NCBI RefSeq assembly: GCF_000150275.1
Contig: NW_002060950.1
Location: forward strand, 1,972,106-2,036,105
Source: Trichoplax adhaerens
Lineage: Eukaryota > Animalia > Placozoa
DNA length: 64,000 nt
Direction: 5' to 3'
In this document: one piece after another, positions 55,501 to 64,000 of the stretch
Position numbering within the stretch: position 1 is the stretch's first letter
Layout: each line of letters starts with the position of its first letter
Made by a program: the position numbers and the translations under genes
The notes under the pieces: model-generated
The model's input: the letters and a program-made list of their open reading frames with translations, nothing else
Told to the model about the DNA's origin: nothing
Databases searched by the model: none

Positions 55501-58500
55501 GTAGTGTATCTACTCTAATTTTCATTAACAGGCGCTACCGTACGATTTAACTAGATCGACACTGCAATGTCTTCATATTTTGAATAACTGGTGGCAATCT
55601 AACTCTTTACCTATGGTATCTGTCTACTGTACTGTCAAATATTACTCCATAATTTAATTAAATCAACATCATAGCGAGTAGTACTGTTAAGTAGCAACTT
55701 CTGAGCTATGGCTAAAGCTATTTCATCCTCTATTTTTTTTAAAAGATATGAAACATTTTGGCTTGACAATTATTTTTTCAGAAAATTACAAATATTACTA
55801 GATAAGGTAACTGATTCTATTTGTTATTTTCTACAGCGGATCTTGAACAGAATGTAATTATTCGGTCCAATAAAGGTAAAAATCAATTTAAAAGTCTGCA
55901 TGCCGTATATAGATAGATACTTATTAAAACTATATTATTATAGCATCAGTATGTTTATATTAAGAATCGCTTTATGTATGAGTCTAGTAGAAATTAATAG
56001 AGATTATTTGCCCAATATAGGATTTCTAACGATTTAAGAATGCGTATAATATTTGTTAATTATATTGACTGGTTGTGCAATTGCAGGTCATGATGCCAAA
56101 ATCAGACTTAGTACCATGGTAAGCATAATTTTTGAAATTAAAATTTTCTTATATGAAATTTAAAAAATACGAGTATATTTTCGGTGATGAATCAATGATA
56201 TCCCAGTAATTAATGGTGAAATATGTAGTCATAAGATGCGAACCGCTTTCATCTTACCATCGCTGCTGTTTTGCGTCAAGCTTTATTCAATAAAAGTTGT
56301 ATTGTAATACAATAAGATTTTTTTTATATGCAATGAAAGTCCAGTTATAAATTAGGAATAATATATCTCTTATAGGACAATACTAAGGACGAAGATGCCC
56401 ACATTTATTCGCAAATTCCTCAAGAATGTATGATATTAGTAGAGTTGTTGTATCGTGAAATTTTAATTTACCGCTGCAATTTACATATGCAGTAGAATTT
56501 TAATTTTTCGTAAAATTTTGCCATGCGTGATCATTAATATAAATATTATATTTCGAGATCAATTTCTTTATATTTGTACTTTTCTCCTTGATTACTGTCA
56601 AAACTGAATATTACTTCTTCTGACAACAGATGAACGCATGTCGCTGAAACCTAAATCATATCAGGTTAGGCTAACTATCAATCAGACACACGTTACATTA
56701 GCACCTTTTAGTGATATTTTGAATAATTATCTGCTTATTCTAACCCTCATTCGGATACATTTACACTTGTTCTAACGATTTAATCGGTGTTCCAACGTCT
56801 TCTGTTGATAAGGGATTACTAAAAAACTATTAGCACATTGTAAGATATCTATCTTTGTTTTGCATTAGATGACAAATTATTGAAATTGCGCTGATCTATA
56901 TGTCGTGATCAAAATTACATAAATATTTCCGCTTACTTTACTTTTATGGAGCGTTTTGAGGGCGAATAGTAGTAGAGATAAAACAGCAGTAACTTGTAGA
57001 ATGATTATTCTTGTAAAATCTAAAATTAATATTAGCATTTATTCTGCTAGTGATGATGTTTAATTACAGCGGACATTCAGTTTTTACAGCATGGGTCTCA
57101 ACTTTTTAAATCATGATAAAAATATACTGTTTAAAAATATATCGATACTATTTTTGAAAGGCGTCATACTTACTAGATGACCGTTCTTACGGTATTTCGT
57201 TACCGTTTTATTTGCAATGATAGTATAATATAGGCATATGCAATTTATTTATTAAGGCTAGTAAAAATAGCACTGGACGTAAAAGTTAATGCAAAAGATT
57301 AAGTGAAATTGAGGATAAAAAATTAATACTTTCTAGGACGATTATCTTTATGTGGTAGGAAATGAAGGTAAAGGTTAAATAAATTTAAAAAGAGTTGCGT
57401 CAAACCAATGCGATTTTTTCGCAACAAAAGCTGTAAAATTGTTATGGGATATGTGCCTATTTTAGATGTAAAAGCTACACAAAATTTAAATAAAGCTCAA
57501 TCTAATACATATGAGAATCATTCTGTCCAAGCGCTACAGGTAGAGAAAATTCTTGCAATATCTAAAAGTTTGTTCCAATACGGCTATCATAGCTTGATAT
57601 ATCACTTTCTAATTATTTACTTTTCCTTTGTTTCAGAACTTATCGGCGAAAATCTGTAAGTAGACAATTAATTTACTTACTCATATATTAATCATACGTA
57701 AAACTTAATCCTAAAATACTATCAACTTGTATATCCTTGATTTTAAGCCACTTTGATGATCTTTTATTAATAAGGACTCATTCGCTTAGCTCCAGCAACA
57801 GGTTATCTCAAGCAAGAAACTGGAAAGACTGCAGGAGGTGAAAGGAAGAAAAATCAAATTTTCAATGAGGTTATCAAGCCTAGTAAAGAAGCACCAAGAA
57901 GATTGAAGAAGAAAGCTACGGTGATTATCAAGCGAATGCAGAAATATGAACAACAGGTTGATGAAAATAAGTCCAACCTGGCAACTGCACAAGCTAAATC
58001 AATGGCTGGTTCACTTCATAACAGCCCACCGGCGAGAAAAACTCGCCAACTCACAGAGCAAGTAGACTCTAAGCTTGTCAAACCATTGCGACAACAGCTC
58101 ACTGGCCAGCTGGAGAAAAGATCTTCAGAGAAATCGGACGATGCTATATTTACCGATACAAGTAAAAGCAAAGCTAATCCAACTTTTGAGAAAGGACAAT
58201 CTAACCTTAACAAAAAAACTTTACCTGAAGTTGATCCTGGCCATCACAACGTGGCAAGTAGTCCATTTATACTAAAAGATCAGCGATTTGTAAATCAAAA
58301 TTACCCCAGTCGCGACGAAAAAGTCCCCAAACAAACAAATCAAGGCTTGGAGCTATTAAAAAACGCAAAATCTGCTATATCTCCATCATCAGCACTTGAT
58401 AATGTCATCAAAGCCAAAAGAAGCTAGACAGTCAAAGGATCGCCCCTAAGCGAGTAGCTAATTCTGATAATCTATCTAATTCACCTATAGTGGCATCACC

Positions 58501-60980
58501 AATTGCAGTATCTAAGAAGCCAGTAACAGGAAAGGTAAAAGCTCTAGCACAAAATCTTATTGGTAGTAGGGAAGAATTAAATCAAGCTACTAATATCCGG
58601 CAGCCAAGTGAGCAAACTAATAAATTGGGCTCAGCTTCGCCCCAATCATCACGGAAATTCATAACCACTACTTTTCAATCATCTAATCAAGAGCATTTCA
58701 CTCCAAAAAAAGCAGCATTTTCCCCTACAACTCATGCAACAAATGACAGTAAAATGTAGGTATAGAAGCAACACAAACTGTAAAACGATATTATATTTAG
58801 ATGAATTAGATATCATATAAATTATATTTCAATCTAGAATCAGGATCAGCCCTTTAATATTTTATTCTGGATTTGATTAATTTAATATGATAGAAATAAG
58901 AACAAGGCACGTCCGAAAGGGATTTATAAAGGTAGGTTGATTTTATTATTAATTGTAGCTCCATAAAGTTGATGACAAATCAAGTGTTGCGAATATGCTA
59001 TCAAACTATGTATTTGACAGGTGATTTTGATCGCTACAATGATGGAAATACTTCCAATACAGCAAAAGAAGGTCAAATATTTGATATTCACGTTGATCTT
59101 CGACTTATTATAAAAATAGTGGCAATTAGAGTCAATTTTGCAAAGTTAATATTCATGATGTAACAATTTTTAAATTAACTTCAGATTATGATGATATAAC
59201 CGAAGCTACGACAGATCCATCATCCGTTCATCATCATGGTAATTATAATCAATTTATTTAGATCTATACGGTATTTAGCGGTAAGTAAACATGAAAGCGT
59301 AGTAATATAGTATAGTTACTGCATAGTTTTCAATACTTTAGTGGTTTGCAATTTAGCAAACTTGGGCAGGACCTGTACTGTATTAGTAATATGACCATAA
59401 TATTCATCTACACGTATGTATATTGAGGATTTCTTAATGTCTTATTGCGTTTGCAGCTGATCTTGATGTACATAATCTATCGGAGGTAATCACCTTGTTA
59501 TAATCTAATAAATCGAGAAACTGCTTTTAAATCAAGCTATTTTTGATTTATTTTATACAGTTTTGAACTAATACGACGTAGTAAAATGTTCGAGGACAGC
59601 GTATAAATTTCTATAACTTAATCTCAACATATCTCTAATTTAATAAGCTACAGATAAATTTTGGCAATTGTTGTAAGTTTTCTTTATCGCTATTTTTTTT
59701 CTGAGAAGCTAGAAGATCATAGCTGGTATCATTCAAATTTAACGCGTCAAGAAGCTGAAGAAAAACTATCCAAATATATTAAGGTAGTTTTAGCATGGAA
59801 AGGAAAAGTATCCATGAGCTGTCATAGATCATAATACTGTTATATACCAGTTGTAATATGCTATCATTTCCCACATCAGTCATGAGCCTTTAACTATGCT
59901 CTATAAAAATCTCTATAAAGATAGAAAGATGCTTCAGAAATAGCATACTGTATTTTATATGGCCTTAAATACCTTAAGGCGAAAATCAAATCAACTTTGA
60001 ATTCATAAAAATACACTTTATGTCGATACAAAATGGTAAACTTAGAGCCTTTTGTATGCCCTTTTAAACCTCCACTGCTATCTTTTTAGAATGTTAGTAT
60101 ACGTAAGAATATCATATAATTAATTGCGTTTGAACTATCATAGATAAAGATAAAGGCTTACAAGCGCAGTTTGAAATTAGAAAGTGATAAATATATATAT
60201 TGCTGATTTAAGCTTATCGTAAATAATATCATTGGACTATTACGATTAAACGAAAGATCTTAAATTACATACCAGTGTCTTGGAGTAGACGTCATCAAGG
60301 CCAAGATTATTATGAGTGCATAGTTTACTTTTAAAATGAGTTGTGATGGTATACATTAAAAGGGATACTGTAGCGAAAGGGAAATTTCAACGTTGTTTCG
60401 CTCCGTTTAGAAGTAGAAAGTAATATCTTTGTATTGTACGATAGCTTAGATGAAATCCAAATGATGCACGAAATAGCCTTTACTTCAGTGTTTAATAGCG
60501 TAATCTTTTTCTGGTTGTTTAGATCTGCAGTCTTACTTTTGTACTATTCGTAGAAGCTATGCATTTTAGACTATATAATGATCTATCTAGTTTAACGGTA
60601 ACGATATCTATTCCTTCTAATTATATGGGTATGCTCATTAATTGAATAGAACGGAACATTTCTAGTACGCAATGGTCAGCAATCTAACAATTATGTACTA
60701 TCAATAATAGCAAAAAAGTCTGTTGCACATATAAGGTAAGTATATTACTGGAAGTCTGTTTTTATTTGCTACTTATTTAAAAACAAATAAAAAATGTCTA
60801 ATAAAAATAGCATAAAAATTGAATGCTGTGCCAAATGGTATTGTATTAGTACGATACTGAATATCAATTCATATTAATAAAATTGAACGGTTTTTATTTT
60901 CAACCACCTTGAAATTTAGAATTCTTTACAGACCGGAGGATGAAAAATATATTTTAGGAGAAAGGAAGCAACAAGAAATG
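49536..60980 (+). CDS. SLP-76/BLNK/CLNK-family adaptor (N-terminal SAM, Tyr-motif region, C-terminal SH2); 3' end not located
   Basis: SAM exons 49536-49607 (MADLYTVDEVKSWNNHQVIEFLFK), 52342-52404 (HQFFDCIGPFRDHHIDGNAFM), 52539-52591 and 52852-52938. Many small phase-compatible exons carry YEEI, YDQL, YSQI, YENH and YDDI. Large exon 57790-58755 with a frame break near 58410. SH2 exons 59709-59783 (WYHSNLTRQEAEEKL), 60650-60735 (NGTFLVRNG..YVLSI) and 60920-60980 (ILYRPEDEKYILG). Confidence 0.85.
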
Positions 60981-62189
60981 GTAATCTATCTAAAATTTCG
61001 ATAGGAAGAGATTACGTTACCAACATACTGTAGATTTACCGTAATAGGTTAAAATAAAGAAGTAGAAAATTTGATGGTCAATATTAATATGAATTCGTAT
61101 AAAAATGTTTCTTTTCAATGATTTACTTACCTGCGATGTCAATGGTTACCGTGATTGAAAATACTTTTATGGTAGCCTTTTAATTCAGTACCCGAATTGA
61201 TTGCATTCTATCATGCAGAACAAATGGTTTTAATGTCCGGCCATCAAGTATTTTTGACAAAATCATGTTCTTATTGAAACGACGGAAATTAAGTGAAGAC
61301 TATAGTTGTTTTCAAGTGAATGACGGAATGAAAACTAATAGATTAAGATAAGTTAGATCGCAATCTATATAGAACTAATTCCTTGCCAAAGTATCTATTT
61401 GCCTTAAAATGAAGAACAGAGTATTAGAAATTGTTTACGCTTGTAAATGAAGATATTCTTTACGGCCTTGATATGATTTTACTCAAGCTTATGGCTTAAG
61501 GTACAAGCATTAGCGACAATTTCTGTCATGTTTTTTTTAAATTAGATAGCATTGATAGACTTCTGCATAGGAAGAAATAAGTAACTTGATATTTTAAAAT
61601 TTGGTCTTGACCGGACACCTTGGGTTGTCAGAACTAGAAGATAATATTGTCTGTAATTGTGCGTACATAGTTAGCGCAGAAATCGATGATTGGCAGATAT
61701 ACATGTAAAGCTTAATATCATTGAAAATAATACAGTAATTATTCTATTTAATGCAAGTAAGATTGGCTAACCCTAATGTAAAGCTGTTATATCTTTTGTA
61801 TTGCCAAATAAATTTTTCATTTTTCAATATTGCGCTGGGGTTTACAGTGTAATCCATGGACTGTGGAAACATGGTTGGTCATTTGTAGTTTATGATCATG
61901 CTGACAGGTGTCCAAAAATTTTTACCAGAGGTCTGGGCTACACTGTTGGATTATAAAAGTATCTTATCGTCACTAAAGATGGATAGATACGGATAGCCCT
62001 TAGTAAAAGAGCCCATTGATGCAATAAAGTGAAGTTAAGCAAGAAATTCAAGTTTTACCATATCATTTTGGAGACATTGATCAAGGCCACGAGTGAAAAT
62101 AAATAAAATAAAATTATTCAATACTACACGTATATCAATCACTCAGCATGGATGACGATTTCACCACGTCTATGTTAGGGTTACTCATA

Positions 62190-62238
62190 TACTCCCAACA
62201 ATCCACCATAAGCAGAATTGCGTCTTGGTTTGCAGTGT
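62190..62238 (+). repeat. Short dispersed repeat, first copy at 29483-29531
   Basis: Direct sequence match to 29483-29531. Confidence 0.75.
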
Positions 62239-62643
62239 TTTATTTTTATTGATTACTCGTATATTGAGCGAACTGTAGACTTATCGACTAAGTAAGAACT
62301 GCAATGGAATGTATGTGACATGTGTCATGCACTCTTATCCCGTCTCCATTTTTCTCTGAGGCAATAGTGATTGACCATAGACGAAATCAAGCTTACCATG
62401 CAAATTACGGTACATTAGTCAGAGTATCTCCGCAGCTTCTTTGGGCTCAATTTTTAGAGTCGTTATTTAGAAATACTGAGACTAAAAAGCACCATATCCA
62501 AGCTATCAGATATGGCCGACGACCCGCAGTTTTAACTTGCTGTGAGTACATAAGCCAAGAGCTTAACTGCATTAATTTTTAACATCAGCAGCTAAAGTGA
62601 TACGAATATCAACCATTAATTATTATTATTTTCCTATTTTCTA

Positions 62644-63336
62644 TCTTATTGATATCAACGATATACTTTCAGTTGGCAAGGCTTTTGTAAGTACTTACTG
62701 TCTATTTCTGTTTTTAGGTTATTAATACTGTAGCTAGTTGGAAGATACTTTATAGCATAGCCATTGGTACAAGTGTTGAGTTGTTATTATTTTCTATCTT
62801 ATTGATATCAGCGATATACTTTCAGTTGGTACGGCTTTTGTAAGTACTTACGGGCTATTTCTGTTTTTAGGTTATTAATACTGTAGGTATTTGGAAGATA
62901 CTTTATAGCATAGTCATTGGTACAAGTGTTGTCTTATTGATATCAACAATATACTTTCAGTTGGTACGGCTTTTGTAAGTACTTACGGGCTATTTCTGTT
63001 TTTAGGTTATTAATACTGTATCTAGTTAGAAGATACTTTATAGCATAGCCATTGGTACAAGTGTTGTCTTATTGATATCAACAATAAAATATACTTTCAG
63101 TTGGTACGGCTTTTGTAAGTACTTACGGGCTATTTCTGTTTTAGGTTATTAATACTGTATCTAGTTAGAAGATACTATATAGCATAGCCATTGGTACAAG
63201 TGTTGTCTTATTGATATCAACAATATATTTTCAGTTGGTACGGCTTTTGTAAGTACTTACGGGCTATTTCTGTTTTTAGGTTATTAATACTGTAGGTAGT
63301 TGGAAGATACTTTATAGCATAGCCATTGGCACAAGT
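62644..63336 (+). repeat. Tandem repeat array, ~135-bp unit, 5 copies
   Basis: The unit start tcttattgatatca recurs at 62644, 62797, 62932, 63067 and 63206. The units are nearly identical over their whole length. Confidence 0.96.
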
Positions 63337-64000
63337 ATGGAGTTGATTAACACTCTTGCATGCTTACATAGTACTGCTCCAGCTTATGGAGTACATCATT
63401 CTCAGAGCGAGATTAGCCATGACAGCGGTATACTATAACAGAGTATTGGCCATTAATAAAATAGAATGGTAAAATCCTACTAGAAGGCATCGTATTTACA
63501 CCGTACTCCTGCGGTTGCTGGTCTAAATAGCCATTCTACAGGTACATCAATTAATTAATTATATTGCAATGAGGATTTTCATATCTGGATCGGCTACTCG
63601 AATTCATAGTAAAGAAAGTAAAATTCGATTTCAATTCGCTTGATTTTCTTTAAATTTTTATCTTTTTTTAGGTTCAAATCCTCATCCATTGAACTCTATT
63701 CTATGCCATTATTCGATTTTATACTCGATATTTGTGATTGTTTGCTATAGAAGCTTTGATGGAAGGCATTTTATCCTTCTACCTTATGATCTGAGACATG
63801 GCGCTGGATGAAAAGTCCAGGCGGCTGTAATAATACACCCTTGATGACCATACATGACCATCAAACTGTATACTGTACTTGTATCATGATAGGGATGAAA
63901 TCGCTGCAGTATGGCGCTTTCACTTCCTGCAGTATTGAGGTCGAAGACGCAATCACGTCACTGAGCGTTGAGTCATGACTTATTCTACTGTACAATACTG

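Noticed and set aside
58402-58427. Programmed -1 ribosomal frameshift in the adaptor gene
   Set aside because: No X_XXY_YYZ slippery site or evident downstream structure. An error, a mutant allele or alternative splicing is more likely.
59561-59600. Possible extra adaptor exon after atacag
   Set aside because: It has a stop in the required phase, and the flanking exons join in frame without it.
62644-63336. Regularly spaced repeats resembling a CRISPR array
   Set aside because: Whole units are near-identical with no unique spacers, there are no cas genes, and the context is eukaryotic. It is a plain tandem repeat.
1-64000. rRNA, tRNA, intact transposase or reverse-transcriptase genes, prokaryotic operons
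   Set aside because: None recognised by eye. tRNAscan-SE and Infernal were not run, so small RNAs cannot be excluded.

Overview
AT-rich eukaryotic genomic DNA with short GT-AG introns. The gene content and style suggest an early-branching animal, possibly placozoan/Trichoplax-like (inference, not proven). Most ORFs in the supplied track are spurious because the real genes are spliced. Hand-assembled genes, all on the + strand: (1) a 4-exon, 220-aa secreted protein at 17014-18900 with the helix layout and intron phases (1,0,0) of a long-chain four-helix-bundle cytokine; (2) a 112-aa RNF24/RNF122-like TM + RING-H2 ligase; (3) a 1027-aa six-domain SOD-repeat protein (Rsod/CSRP type) with a signal peptide and a GPI-type tail; (4) an intronless, prokaryote-like FAD oxidoreductase; (5) an SLP-76/BLNK-family SAM-SH2 adaptor with an apparent frameshift and no 3' end found. 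A deleted tandem duplicate of the SOD gene lies at about 44.1-47.0 kb. The main discovery is that the apparent 0-22 kb gene desert seems to hold roughly ten or more decayed paralogues of the cytokine-like gene on both strands, i.e. a tandemly expanded and mostly collapsed ligand cluster. These relic alignments were made by eye in AT-rich DNA and need a computational check.
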